The notes under the pieces were generated by a model. The model ran no database searches, was not told the DNA's origin, and was given only the letters and a program-made list of their open reading frames with translations. Positions 17,065 to 30,154 of a stretch of DNA of 64,000 bases are shown piece by piece (position 1 is the stretch's first letter; the number at the start of each line of letters is the position of its first letter). The DNA comes from Hormiphora californensis (lineage: Eukaryota; Animalia; Ctenophora). The DNA lies in NCBI GenBank assembly GCA_020137815.1, contig CM035354.1:3658001-3722000 (forward strand). Reading direction: 5' to 3'. Both the position numbers and the translations under genes were made by a program.

Positions 17065-19979
17065 CACTGTTCTAGAAAAAAAACTGTTATGTTTCGTATA
17101 GTACAGTCGGACCCCGATTTACCGGAACACCGATACACCTGGTATATATTTTCTCAAATTTCATCTTAATTTCCTCAAGAAAATCTCGCATTGTTGCCAG
17201 GTTTATGATGACGTTACATTTCTCTAAAAAGGGCGTGATTAAGATCTACCCTCCTTGAGGCCTTGAGGTGCACGATGCACAAAAATAGCTCAAACCACTC
17301 AACCGTTTTGGCTAAATCAAAGTTTATCTGATAGGAAACCCAACCCAACCCCCAAACCCGAACTAAACCCCCAAACCCTTGTTTTGTTCAAACAAATGGA
17401 GTCTAATTTGTAACCCCCTAACCATACTTTTAGCCCTAAACCAAAAAACCTTAAGTGTGACATTCGAGGAGGATAATTAAACTTTTGTCTTTTCCAAAAA
17501 CCTGTCTTGCCTTTTTAAAAAGGGTTTTTTAAAGGCAAACATAAAAACGTTTTAACGTTTAGTTTGATACGATGGGAAAGCCGGGTTTCCCCGGTGCGCG
17601 CTAAAAATAGGTCATTTTTTTTTCAAGCCCGTTTTTTTCAAAGGCTAACCACGCAACCACATGGCCAAGTCCCCCAACTTAAAAACGTTCATTTTTCCCC
17701 TTCAACGCGCGGGAGAGGTACCTGCCACTTGTTTGGAAAGTGAAAACAACGGAACCAAACAGTCTGCTTGCCCCTTCGCGAACCACCGTTTGGGGCCCAA
17801 GAGCTATCCCCCGCGTTTTCTTAAACCCCGTCTAAACCTTTCATTGTATAACAGTCTTTTTGCCCCCCCCCGGTTACTGGGTGTAGGTTGTGGAATATTT
17901 TTTCCCACAAACGTAAAAGGGCTTAAACCTTCCCCAGTTCAAACCAGTTGGGTAGTTTTCCTCCACTTTTCCTGAAACCAAGCCCCCGCGGTTCCTCTCA
18001 CCAACAGCAACTAAATATGGAGGGGGTGCTCGTAAATTTTTGTGTTTTTAGTTCGTGAGCTACGTGGTTTTTAGGAGGCTTTTTTATTTTAAGTATCCGT
18101 TTTTCAAAATTTTTTAAACCCCATGAACTAAACCCCGGAAGAAATCTTTGAACTAACCGTAACCCCAACAAAACCCAATCCAACCCCCTTTCCGACCACC
18201 AAATCGATGAATGTTAGCAAGGAAAAGCCCCCCAGATTTTAACTTTGTCCGATTTAACCCGGGGCGCCGTTACGTTGGGTTTTGGGCCTGTTCGGGTGCC
18301 CTCCAAAAAATTTCCCAAAAAAGTTGTTTTCATAAAATGGCCTAACCGCTCAACCTTTTTTGTTTTTGATGCAGTTTTTAATTTTCAAAGTTTATTGGGT
18401 AGGAAATTTCAACCCCCCCCAAACCCCCCAACCCAAACCCTACCCTTTTTAGCCCAACCCTAAAAAAACAGCCCCAGACCCCCAAACACCAGATTTAACT
18501 TTGCCTTTTTTTTCTTTTTTTTTTTAAAAAAACCCCCCCTAAACCCCAAACACCGATTGGCATCATTTTCCAACACCCCGAAGAGAAGCTGGCCCAAAAA
18601 AGGGGGGGGAACCGTATAAGAGTTAATCGCGGACTCATTCATTTTGGGTTAAAATTTAGGGACCCTAAAAAAAGTTCAGTTAAAAGCGTTACCAGTCTTA
18701 CTCCTTTCCCAAAACCCCCAGAGCGCCCCCCCCGCCCCCTCGGGGTGTAACGATGCGTTTTCGCATCGATTTGCAGCGTTTAGGGAAACTTTTTCGCCGC
18801 GGCGCTCAGTTTCAAATGTGCAGAAACAATCCAATTTTTTTCTTGCAAATAGCACCTGTGCGCAGCACGCGCCCCCCCTCTGGGTTTAACGAGGATAACG
18901 ACTGTGTAAACGCTGGTAACACGAACTTTTTGGGATCCCTTTTGCCCGTTTTTAATTTAAAACTTTTTAGTTTTACCCGGCCGGCGCAAAACGAAAAAAA
19001 TTTTTTTATACGCTGCTTTCCCAAATACGCTCGAATGCTGCGCGGCGCGGTGCTCTAGACATACCCCGGAAAAAGTTCAGGTATGCACAGGGCGAGAACC
19101 GGTGTGCACGTCCCGCAACAAAAAAAGGTAAGTCACTTGATGAGCCGCCGGGGTTTGAAAAAATAAATTTTTAAATGTCTGGAAACCGGTTTTTTTTCAT
19201 CCAGGACCTTCTCCCCGACCCGTGTCCAGACCTTGTGTGACCCTTTGTAGACCTCGTGCCGACCTCGGGCCCCCACTCGTGCTTTATCTCTGTTGACCGA
19301 CCCCTCTCTGTTCCCCTCGTCTCCCTGTTTCTCCTTTTGTCCCCCTTTTCTCGGGTTTTTGCGTCTCTCTCTTTTTTTCTCTTTCTGGGTTCACTCCTTT
19401 CCCCCCTCTCTCTCTCTTACCTTTTTTCCTTCCCCTGGTTAGGCCGGTTTGCCCCCCCCCCCATTGGGTTGGGTTGGGGTTTTACCATATTTTGTAAGCG
19501 CCTTCCCAAATTAGGGGCCACATTTACCCTTTTTCCCTGTGGCCCCCTTTTTCCTTTGGGTTTTGGGGTTTAGTAAAAAAACCCCAAACCCGGCGGGGTT
19601 TGGGGTGTTTACTTCTATTTGGGGGGGTGGGTTTCCTTCTTTCTTTCTTAACCAGGAAGGGGCCCCGGCTCCTCCTCCCCCCCCCCCTCCCCCCCCCCCC
19701 CCAGCTTTTGAAAAACCCCTTTTTCTTTGGTTCTTTTTTCTGAGCCCCCTGTCGAAAGTGGGGGACAAATGTCCAAAACGCCCCAAAAACCATTTTTTCT
19801 TTCCCTTCTTTGTTACCTTTCATTTGGGTTTGTGGAAGGAAAATGGAAAAAATAAAATAGAGAGGAGGAAAAAGGGTGGAGGTGGAGAATCCTTTTTGGA
19901 AACTAACAGAGTGTCCCAAAAACCCCCACCCAACCTTTCTTTCTTTCCCTTCTTCCGTTTCCCCCCTCTTTTTTTCTTA

Positions 19980-20600
19980 TATGGAGGATGGAAAATAAAT
20001 GGGGAATGGGGTCTTCATGGGGGAATGGGAAAAATGGAAGGGGGGAAAGGAAGTGGAGAAGGGGATGGAGAATGGAGAGATAGAGATGGAGAAATGGAGA
20101 GGGGAATGGAGAGAGGAGGATGGAGAGATGGAAGGGAGAGATGGAAAAGGGAATAAATGGAAGATGGGGGATGGAGGGGGGGATGGAGAGATGGAGAGTG
20201 GGGAAAATGGGAAAAATGGGGAGATGGGGGGATGGAGAGAGGGGGAGAGGGAGATGGAGAGATGAGGGATGGAGAGAGGAGAGAGGAAGAGGGGGATGGA
20301 GAGATGGGGGAATGGAGGATGGAGGAGGGAGAAGGAGAGATGGAGAGAGGAGAGATGGAGAGAAAGGGTAAATGGAAGATGGGAAGAGATGGAGAATGGG
20401 GAAAATGGAAGATGGGGAGATGGAGAGATGGAGAGATGGAGAGATGGGAGATGGAGAGATGGAGAGAGGGGGGAGATGGAGAGATGGAGAGATGGGAAAA
20501 ATGGGGATGGAGGTGGGGTGGGGTGGGGGGTGGGGTGGGGTGGGGTGGGTGGGGTTTTGGGGGGGGGGGTGCGGGGGGGGGGGGTGCGGGGGGGGGGGTG
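19980..20600. repeat. Degraded (GGAGAGAT)n-like purine-rich repeat and G-runs
   Basis: Direct inspection; source of many low-complexity ORFs. Confidence 0.85.
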
Positions 20601-20781
20601 GGTAGTAGTGGGTTTGTGTGGGGTGGTTTTTGTGTGAAGGGGGGGCATGTGTGGGGACCCTGAAGATTTGTTTAAACTCAAAATTTGGGGACTAATTTAG
20701 CCCTACCCGTACCCCCCCCAATACCGGAGAAAACCTTTCTCTCGTTATTAAACTCGCAATTTTTTAAAAAATTTTCAAAAA

Positions 20782-21052
20782 GGGTCACCACACCCAAGTT
20801 AAATTAAAATTAAAAAATTTTTATTTTTAAACCCCAACAAACGGGCGTTAAAAATTTCTTTAAATTTTAAAAGTAACAACTGCGCATGATTTTTAGGCGT
20901 GTTAAAAAAAATTGCATCCAACGCGACCGTCCAAAAAACGTGTGTGGAGATTGTTACTTTTAGAAAAGGGGGGAAAAATTTTTTTCGGTGTGGTGTTGCA
21001 GGTTTAAAATCAAATTTAATTTTTAATTTTTAATTTGGTGTGTGGTGACCCC
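20782..21052. mobile_element. Degraded MITE with long imperfect TIRs
   Basis: gggtcaccacacc..aaattaaaatt at the left end, aatttttaatttggtgtgtggtgacccc at the right end. Confidence 0.55.
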
Positions 21053-23359
21053 CAGAAAATTTTTTTTTAGGAAACTTCAAGTGTAAGAATCCAAAAACAA
21101 AAAAAATTTTTTTCTATTCAAGAAAAAACAAGTTAGGGGTTTTTTTATTTTGTTGTGTGATGACATAAAAAAAGAGGGGGTTCCTAAAAACCTGCCCCCA
21201 AACCCCGTATTTATATCTAATCCTTTATTAGGCCCTACCTCTCCCCTTCCCCAAAAACCGATAAAAAAAATAAATTTTGGGTTTGGATTTCCCCTAAACC
21301 TGCTCCCCTCCTTTTGTAGGGAATTTAAATTTCTTCTCATAAGGGTGAGACATGATATCTATTTGTTTTGGGAAAATGACCAGTAATATATGGGGGCCAA
21401 AAAGCACAAAGCTGAAAAAAGCCCAGCCCAGTACACGATATTATAACCCGTGCGATGAAAATGGTAAGTTCGTTAAAAAAACAGAGTAAAAAAAAAGGGC
21501 AAGCCTGATTGTTAGTAGAGCAGAACTCTCCCAGTATTTTTTTATTTTTTTTTTTTTTTTTCCCCCTCTCAAATCAAAAGATCTCCTCGCTCTATTTTAT
21601 TTTTTACCGGGGCTGGAACTCTATCTCGTTTTTTTGGGGCATGGGCGTGATGCCCGAACAGTGAACTTGCCCCCCGTGTGTAAATAGAGAGTAATTTCAC
21701 AGCGAGGAAAGTACATTGATTTTTTAGAGCGAGAAAATGGAAAATACTCGGAAAAATTATATGCTCTACTACCTCAAACAAGCTTCTCCATTTTGTTTGT
21801 CCATTCACTTCAAAGGACGTTGTATTCCCCCCGACCGGCTTTCCCCCCTTTTTTAAACGTGAAGGCATAACTGAACTGGAGGTGTTTTGGGGTGTGTGTG
21901 TGTTTAAAGTGTCAATCATTATTGTCACTGAAAAAAAAAAGTAATTTTTTTGTCCCAGTTACCCATTATTCGGGTTTTTTAAAAAAAAAAAAATATCAAT
22001 ACCCCCTAAACAAATGGAAAATTTTTTTTTTTTGGGGATATTTCTTTGAAAAAGGGCAAGTTTCGGGGTTTTTAGTTTTTACAAGTTTTGGGGGTTAGGG
22101 GGCACCCCTATAACTGTGTTTTTGTAAAGTAAACTTTAAAATGTAAAATTTGGTTTTTTTATTTCAGTAATGAAGGGCGTATTTCAAAAAATATAGTGGA
22201 GGACTCAAAGATATATTGAGGATAAATAAAATGCATGCAAACGTAATCTAATGAAGCCGGCTTACAAATTTTTGGCGAATGGGCGGGGTGCTCTTTACAT
22301 GACATTGGATCTGGTATTAATAAGATTTTACTGTACAAGACCATTTAAAAAAGGCCCTGGATTTATATTCAAAAATGTACTCGAAGCTTTAAAAAAGCAA
22401 AAGAATGGGGTGTGATTTTGGGCCTGATGAGCTGTCGAGGGAGAGGTGTAATTTCATGGGTGAAAAATAACTGTGAAAGTTTTTTTTTTCTCCTTTTGGG
22501 CGGGGTAAAATTAATTTTTGTGGGTTTTATTGTAGAAAAGTTAAAAATATATCAAAACCGTTAGTACCCCAGTACTCATTTCATAAAAACTGGTCGTGGT
22601 CCGATCCCCTCGGAAGGAGAAAAAACAGCTTCCCCTTTAATTATGCATAATCAACAATTTTTCTCATGCGGTCTTTGTTTTATTTTAAATTATAAAAAGC
22701 CATGATACATTATAAATTTTTAATTTTGTTTCCTTTTTTCTGATTTTTTTTAATTTTGGGCTCCCCCAAAAATTTTTTAAAAAAAAAGGAAACTATTTGA
22801 CTCCCTAAACTGGCGAAAAAAAAAAAGGGGAGGTATGGGTTTAGTTTCAACATTTTTTGGTTTCTTTTTTCTTTTTTCTCAGCAAGCGCCGTTTTTGCCC
22901 TGGTAAAATTTACCCAGGGGGCCCGGGGGCGAAAGTTTTTCCGTTTTTTCTGATGGACTGATTTGGGAAAAGGGAAAAAAGGCGCCGCGGGGCCCCTCTG
23001 TGGGAATTTCGGCGAATTTCAGGCGCGCACGCGTAAGAAGGTCAGCACAAGGGCTACCACTGCGCGTCGTTGAACCGCCCTTGAGCCGCAGCGCGAAAAA
23101 AAATGCTGAATTTACGGGGCCTGTGCTCACCTTGGGCCCCCTCATGTGCCGACCGAACTTCCAGTAGCCCCATTTTTTTAAAGGCCGCCCCAAAAAAAAA
23201 AAAAGGGGGCGTTTTGGGGGGGGGCGACAAGTCACAAGTGACAAACAGTTTGTAGGGCCAGGGCTTAAGTAGGGTTAGGGTTAGGGTCGGGGGTTGAGTT
23301 GGGATTAGGCCCTGAAATTTCCTACCATATAAACTTAGAATTAGCGAAAAGGGTTGAGT

Positions 23360-23607
23360 GGGCGCCGTTACGATCTGGGTGTTTGGTGGCCTGTTTACAG
23401 GTGCGCGCTGCCAAAAAAGTTGATTCACTAAAATGACTCTAACCGCCATACCACTCAACCGTTTTGGCTAATTCAAAGTTTATCTGGTAGGAAATGTCAA
23501 GGCCTAACCCCAACCCAAACCCCAGCCCTAACCCTAACCCCACTTTAGCCCTAACCCTAAAAACCGTTTGTCAGCACTCACGAAACACCCAGATTTTAAC
23601 GCTGGCC
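23360..23607 (+). mobile_element. ~250-bp MITE with internal telomere-like (CCCTAA)n and 9-bp TSD GGGTTGAGT, inserted in another copy of the same family (cluster ~23250-23880)
   Basis: Imperfect TIRs gggcgccgttacgatctgggtgttt / aaacacccagattttaacgctggcc; gggttgagt at 23351-23359 and 23608-23616. Confidence 0.85.
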
Positions 23608-24034
23608 GGGTTGAGTCGTTTGGCGGTTAGAGCCATTTTAGTGAATCAACTTTTTTGGAATCACCGAGCACGCACCTGTAAACATGCCACCAAACAGCCA
23701 GATCGTAACGGCGCCCCGCCAAACCACTCAACCGTTTTGGCTAAGTAAAGCCAAAGTTTACTGATAAGAAATGTCTTAGCCTAACCCCAACCCCAACCCT
23801 AACCCTAACGCTACTTTAGCCCTAACCCTAAAAAACTGTGAGTGCTGACACTCTAAACACACAGATTTTAACGCTGGCCAGACGGGTTAGGGACTGCAGT
23901 GTAGACCAAGTTTTCCCAGCCTTAACTGTAAATTATGCATTTCTGTGAAGGCTAGGTTTTCATCTCCCTCCTTTCTCCAATTCAGAAACATCTGTTTGAA
24001 ATATTTAACCTATCCAGCCTCCCTCTATGAAAGT

Positions 24035-24700
24035 ATGGGTGTATCATACGTTCTGCAGTGGTTGCCCCAACCCAACATGGCACCCGCCCAAGCTGAGGAC
24101 ATGATGAGGCAACACTTAGTAGAAAACTTGGGAGCTAAACTAATCCACAACCAACACAAAAATGAACCTGATATCTGGCATATTGAATGCGAGACATACA
24201 CAGCGATGCAGAGTGTTTCAGCGTTATCAGGAAAATCATTCCAGCTAATTCACTCTACCGAGGAGGCCACTCTCAGTTTTGCGTGTTCGGACCAGGGTGG
24301 AATTATTGTCGCTGAGCGATCTTTTGATACCATTCTCACTAAACTTGGCGACAGTTACCAGCCAAACAAAATGACACGTATCATGGCGATGGGAAAGAAA
24401 TATGAAATAGCTGATTTCTCGGTGAAGGTTGGCACTGTTCTCCTGGGTGGGAGTGCGACTTTTAGATGTATGGTGCTAGAGATCGAGTATAGACCGAGTT
24501 GCTATGCCAAGGATGCTGCCGCCCTGCTTCACGAATTTCTATCAATTGTCACTGCAACCATGCCGATAGGGATCCCCGATAACTTGAACCACTTTGCTGA
24601 TACTATTAGTGGATTGTATCAGCTCTCAGACACAATCAAACAGTACGTTAAGATATTCAGTGATTGTAGAAGAGTAGCTAACTCTATGGGGATGCTGTGA
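24035..24700 (+). CDS. MED20: Mediator subunit 20, intronless
   Basis: MGVSYVLQW start; IECETY, FDTILTKL, GKKYEIADFSVKVGTV, FRCMVLEIEYRP are typical Med20 motifs; ~221 aa. Confidence 0.9.
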   Translation: MGVSYVLQWLPQPNMAPAQAEDMMRQHLVENLGAKLIHNQHKNEPDIWHIECETYTAMQSVSALSGKSFQLIHSTEEATLSFACSDQGGIIVAERSFDTILTKLGDSYQPNKMTRIMAMGKKYEIADFSVKVGTVLLGGSATFRCMVLEIEYRPSCYAKDAAALLHEFLSIVTATMPIGIPDNLNHFADTISGLYQLSDTIKQYVKIFSDCRRVANSMGML

Positions 24701-24841
24701 GCGATACTTGTGTTTTTATTTCAATGTCTGGATTTTTTGATAACTGATTACTTTTATTTAACCTATAATTTTGTTTTATCCACAATTTGTTGCACTTATT
24801 TATCTACCACACTAAATTTTCCACCTCTTATCAGGAAGATC

Positions 24842-26179
24842 ATGGAAGATGAATTCCAGAGTCTTGTAGAGGACACCATTCAACTACCACCATCTGTCTC
24901 ACCAGAGCAAATAGAACTCGCAGAATCACCCCGTACACCACCACCCTCCCTTCCGGTATTGGCAGTACCGGATGTTGTAGAACTGCCCTACTTCTCAGCT
25001 AACTTCTCACAACAAGAACCCAGCGAGGATGATGGAGAGCTATGGCCTCCTTCCCCCGAGTCCCTTCACCTGATCGAGTCTGGCACAGTTCCAGCTCACC
25101 TCCTCACCAAACCGAAACCTAGCACAACAGTGGCATTCATCAGCCCGGCGGTGGAGCTTATGATGAAAAGCCATGGGGAGCAGGGCGCTGCCCGGCTACA
25201 GACAACTCCCCCCGAGACAAGCGAGGAAAATGTGAGAATGTTTGTTAAGGAGGGACGACTGTTATCTGCTGTTAACATGCTAACAGAGCTGCTAAATGGA
25301 AGGGAAATGAGTATTGATACACTACAACTGTGGACTCTACGGTTTGTTCTGCTGATGAAACTAGGCAAGTACTCCACTGTAGACGCGGAAATGGCACTGT
25401 TTGGCAACCTCGATAAGTGTGATATGTATCATGAATTTTACCCTGACAGTAAGAAGAAGGGATCCGCCGTTCCCTGGAGTATGCGCCTTGTTTGGGGTCT
25501 GATCCCCCTTCATTGTCCTGCCTCTGGGGGACTATACCGGGCCCTAGACCGACTGTATGGTTTAGTGTATCATCTGGACCAAGTCATGCATGCCGGTCTA
25601 CCCTACCTGCAGGAACAACGTGTTGTCCGATACAAATCCCGTGTTCTGGTTGAAATTGCGGGTGTGCTTGCCAGCGCGGGGAGTGTCCAACCCGCCATAA
25701 AGATCCTGAAACAGGTCCAAACGACCCAACAAGAGCTCCACATCCCCATCACTAATGCCATTATCAGGCTTTATTTCCACGTTGGTAATGTCACCAAGGG
25801 TGAGCAGTTGTTGGAAGAGGTTGAGAGCCAGCTAAATGAGGAGGAGAGAGAGGTGAACGAGGGTTTCAGGTGTATTGCTCACGGGGACTATAGTGAGGCC
25901 TATCAGCACTTCTCAAGGGCTGTTAACCACAACCCAAACAACACTGTTGCTGCTATCAATGGAGCCGTGTGCTTGTTGTATATGGGGCGGTTAGGGGACA
26001 GTATTCTACAGTTTGAAGGAGCCATCAAGTCCTCCCTTCACCCAACCCTTGTGTTCAATCTTGTCTCACTGTACGAACTAAAAACTGCAGCTAGTACTAC
26101 GAAGAAGTATCAGTTGTTAGATCTAGTTACAAGTAAACCAGGCTGGGAGGCATTCCCATTTGAGTTCTTGAGGTTGTAA
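24842..26179 (+). CDS. TRAPPC12: Trafficking protein particle complex subunit 12 (TTC15/TRAMM), intronless
   Basis: LQLWTLRFVLLMKLG..FGNLDKCDMYHEFYP..KGSAVPWSMRL; C-terminal TPRs (NNTVAAINGAVCLLYMGRL, LVFNLVSLYEL). Confidence 0.9.
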   Translation: MEDEFQSLVEDTIQLPPSVSPEQIELAESPRTPPPSLPVLAVPDVVELPYFSANFSQQEPSEDDGELWPPSPESLHLIESGTVPAHLLTKPKPSTTVAFISPAVELMMKSHGEQGAARLQTTPPETSEENVRMFVKEGRLLSAVNMLTELLNGREMSIDTLQLWTLRFVLLMKLGKYSTVDAEMALFGNLDKCDMYHEFYPDSKKKGSAVPWSMRLVWGLIPLHCPASGGLYRALDRLYGLVYHLDQVMHAGLPYLQEQRVVRYKSRVLVEIAGVLASAGSVQPAIKILKQVQTTQQELHIPITNAIIRLYFHVGNVTKGEQLLEEVESQLNEEEREVNEGFRCIAHGDYSEAYQHFSRAVNHNPNNTVAAINGAVCLLYMGRLGDSILQFEGAIKSSLHPTLVFNLVSLYELKTAASTTKKYQLLDLVTSKPGWEAFPFEFLRL

Positions 26180-26344
26180 GATATTATCATGAGATAATGT
26201 ATCCTGTGTTAAAATAGTGTGATTGTGTTGAATTTCGTTTAAATCAGAATGTAAATCTGCTGTAGTTTCTAGAATTGTCTTGTGTAACCATGGTAACTAT
26301 CTTATTGACAGTTTAACTCCTTTTTTGGTAACCATCTTTAGACA

Positions 26345-27892
26345 ATGTCACAAGAACGAACCAATATCAAGATTTGTGTGCGAGTACGGCCCGAGAACGG
26401 TCATGAAAAGAGTGAGTGTTGTCACTGACTTCAGTTTGCTGCCCTTTCTGATTTCATCATTTGTTTACTCAGTGTGTCCCAACACTAACCATCGTTCAGT
26501 ACTCGTCTCTCTCTAAACAGGTTCAAAGTTCCGTGAAATAGTGAAACCTATTGGTGCCAGTACAGTGGTATTCGATCCACCTGACAATGACGATGGCAAC
26601 AACCTCAAGAAGATCTTCACGTCCCAGAAAAATAAGGACCTCAAGTTTGCATTTGATCATGTCTTTGGGCCGGAATCCTCCCAGTTGGATGTTTATAGGA
26701 ACACCACATCACCGATATTGGACGATGTACTGCAAGGGTGAGTTAAAGAATTCTTTAAATTATTATCAGTTAATCAATTAATTAGTAACCAATTAATTAT
26801 TAACATCCATATCCAGGTATAACTGCTGTGTGTTTGCATATGGAGCCACGGGGGCCGGTAAAACCTTCACAATGCTGGGTAACAACGAGAACCCTGGGGT
26901 CATCTTCAAAACAGTGATGATGCTTTACCAGAAGATTGACGCCGCGGCGGACCAGTACACATACGATCTTGACTGTCAGCTACATAGAGATCTACAATGA
27001 ATCTCTGAAGGATCTTCTTAGTCCAGGGAAGAAAGTTGTTTCTCAATGAGACGAGTGAGGGGGTTGTGACGCTACGGAATGTGTCCCTCCACCAACCCAA
27101 ATCAGCTGAGGAGCTGTTGGACATGCTTAATGAAGGGGAATGAGTTGAGGACTCAGAGTAGCACTAGTGCGAACAGTGAGAGCAGCAGGTCACATGCTAT
27201 CTTCCAGATATATCTGAGAGGGAGGGCCCGGGTTTCAGGCACTACTTCCACCTGGAAACACTCTAAATTCAGTCCTCATTGATCTTGCAGGTACAAAATA
27301 TAAGCCCTAAATTACCCTCAATTACCAGATATTAATATATGGTACCCTCTTTTTACCAGTTATACCAATTACCAATCCTAGGTATACCAATTACCAATTC
27401 TCTTCTCGTTTCCTCAGGTTCAGAACGGGCCTCTGTCTCGCAGAACAACAAACAGCAAAAAGAAGGGGCCAATATTAACCGGTCACTCCTTGCCCTTGGA
27501 AACGTGATTAATGCCCTGGCAAAGAAAAACAAGAACCCAAAAGTTTTTATTCCGTACCGGGACAGTAAACTAACAAGGTACATGCCCCCTAGATTCCCCA
27601 ATCCCCAGGCCCCTGATCCTTCACTCTCCAGCCTGAACCTCTCAGGTTGCTCCCGATATAATAATAGATTGTAAAGATCCTTCAATATTCTCTCTCCAAC
27701 ATGTTGTACTTCTTCGTGTAAACTTGCAAGGTTTTAACAGAGTGTTTCATCTCGTTAGGTTACTAAAGGATTCTATTGGGGGCTCGTGTCAGACAGTGAT
27801 GATTGCCAACATTTCACCCAGTAGCAGCTCTTATGAAGATACATACAACACACTGAAATATGCAAACAGAGGTATTGTATAATGGGCTTTCT

Positions 27893-27954
<62 letters not shown>

Positions 27955-30154
27955 CTCTCTCTCTCTCTCTCCTATTTACACGTGTTTTCTATTTACAGCA
28001 AAGAACATCAAAGTGGCTCTGGTTGAGAATGTGGTTGAAGTAAAGAGTCATATGGTAGAATTTGAGACTATTCATTGCCAACCTAAAAGCAGAGGTAAGT
28101 AACTATATTTCTGGATTACTTATCATCCCTCTACCAAATCAATACTGGAATAAGGGGCGCTGAGCTAGCACCCCTCTACCAAACAAATAATTACAGCTAA
28201 ACTGGTGTCCATGTCTTTCCTTATTATGAACGCATCTCCTAAAACGGTATTTAAAACATCTCACTAACTTCCATTGCCCCAGGTGGCCTCCCTGAAAACT
28301 AAGCTCGATGACAAGAATCAGACATCCTAACCAACTGCGTCTTCTGGAGGAGTTCAATGCAGTTCATAGCTCCTTCGACGCCAAGTGCAGCACGGTGTTC
28401 AAGGAGAGGGCCCTACTGAAGAGAGAGCTAACTGTTCTAGAAGCGGACCAGCAGAATACTGCAACACTAATGTCACAAAATGAGGCCTTTCTAAGGATGG
28501 CACAGACACTAAATAGTGAACATGTTCTAACTTTACAGGTATTTAACTTGCTTCTCTTTCTACTTTACCAAGTCTCCTGTGTGCGGGAAGAGAGGGGAGG
28601 GGGCGACAATTGTTAGGAAGCACTCGGTAGTTCCCTTTACTGAGTTGTGTAGTTTGCGGATTTTAACCGCCAATTCATCTCTCTCGCAGTCAGAAGTTAG
28701 CAGGCTGGCCAGTGATATGCGGATTGTTGAGAGAAAGATTGAACTGAAGAAAGGGCAGCTAAAGGATAACATGGAGAGGGCTAATGGGGTTCAGAAAGAG
28801 ATACATGAGTTTATTCAGTTTAATCCTGACAAAATCCCGAAGAACCTGGGATGTCAGGCGCTGGTACAATTGTGGGAATTCCATCTTGTCAAGGTATGTG
28901 TTGTTAGGGGGGGGGGGTTGTTACTCTCGAAAAGACGATTGATGCGCTTTTTTGTTCAAAGAGTTAACACGGGGTACGGAAAAAGTTCCCTAGATAACCC
29001 TTGGTAAACACTCTATAAAACTACACCTACTAGGAATAAAACTCTAGGAATGGTGAACCATTCACAAGTCACACGTCCAAAAAAATCAGGCTCCAAGTCG
29101 AGTCTCAGACTTTTGGGTTAGGGAATGGTTTCCTCCCGAACTTCATTACCATTACCTTTCTGATCCTTTATGACACCCAACTATTTCTCAGGTCCAATCG
29201 TACTTCGCAGAGCACTCAAACCAGGCCCTGCAACAGGCACATAGACAGTGCCAGCGGCAGTTACAACTAGTTAGTGGAGTTACCGAGCAGTTGGTGGAGT
29301 TGGCAACGAGTAATGAAAACCTTCCACCCTCCGTGAAGACTAAATTAGATGGTAATTGTTGGGAAGTTATGGATCAAATGTGGGTTGTTAATGGGTTGTT
29401 AATGGGTTGTTAATGACTAATGTTGTTGGTTAAGATTTGAGGACTAAAAGTTTCCTAACACCCCCCATTTCCCCCAGAACTAGTGGGAAGTCTACTGGAT
29501 GGAGAGAAGGGAAAGAAGAAAGGTGGAGTGATGTGGGCTGATACCAAATCAACGGATCACCCGACATCGGACTTGTTCCCCTCACCCCAGCTGGTACAAC
29601 CTCAGTCACCTCAACTGTCCTTCACCCCTGGTAAAACTTTGGTTGGTTCAACTCCTCAACTTAACAAACTACAGAACGCCTACGTGCATGGCGAGGGCTT
29701 CAACACCCCCGCTCCACCGAAACTCCAAGCGTGTTTTAGAGCTAGATTTAACACCCCTGACAAGAATAGTGAGAGGGTTAACTTGAAAGATCGGTTTGCA
29801 GAAATGAGCTCCATCTTAAAATCTCCAAAACAGCCGGACATTAGTTTGTCTGATGAAGACGCGGGACAATCTCTAAACAGCACTTTTACATTGGACGAAC
29901 CGATCAAAAAACCACCACCACCATCAGCAAAACGTCCTGTTACTAAACGGAAAATGTCAATGATACCAGCTCCTATGTCTATGCAGCCAAAACGGAACAC
30001 CCTTGTATCTCCATTTCCTCCCAAGACCGCCACAACTTCCAGTGTTGTTTCTCAGTCGGGTCACAGAAAAGTTCCTAGGACTGCTGTCGGCCGTCCCGCC
30101 ACTTCCACTCTAAAGAGACCCACAGCAAGGGCTGTACCCAAGCCTAAGAAATGA
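26345..30154 (+). CDS. KIF18: Kinesin-8 family motor (KIF18-like), multi-exon
   Basis: [115 protein letters not shown]; coiled coil and basic Pro/Ser tail. Confidence 0.9.

Noticed and set aside
19256-20681. Many overlapping ORFs of 80-234 aa
   Set aside because: Low-complexity purine/G-run repeat in error-rich sequence
23945-24841. Longer N-termini for MED20 and TRAPPC12 from the ORF track
   Set aside because: They start at GTG codons and run through T-rich acceptor tracts; the plausible starts are ATG 24035 and ATG 24842
10300-28100. Frameshifts in MFS, MATH-BTB and KIF18 read as pseudogenes or programmed frameshifting
   Set aside because: Indels occur even in the conserved kinesin motor and the assembly shows clear indel noise; consensus error is the simpler explanation
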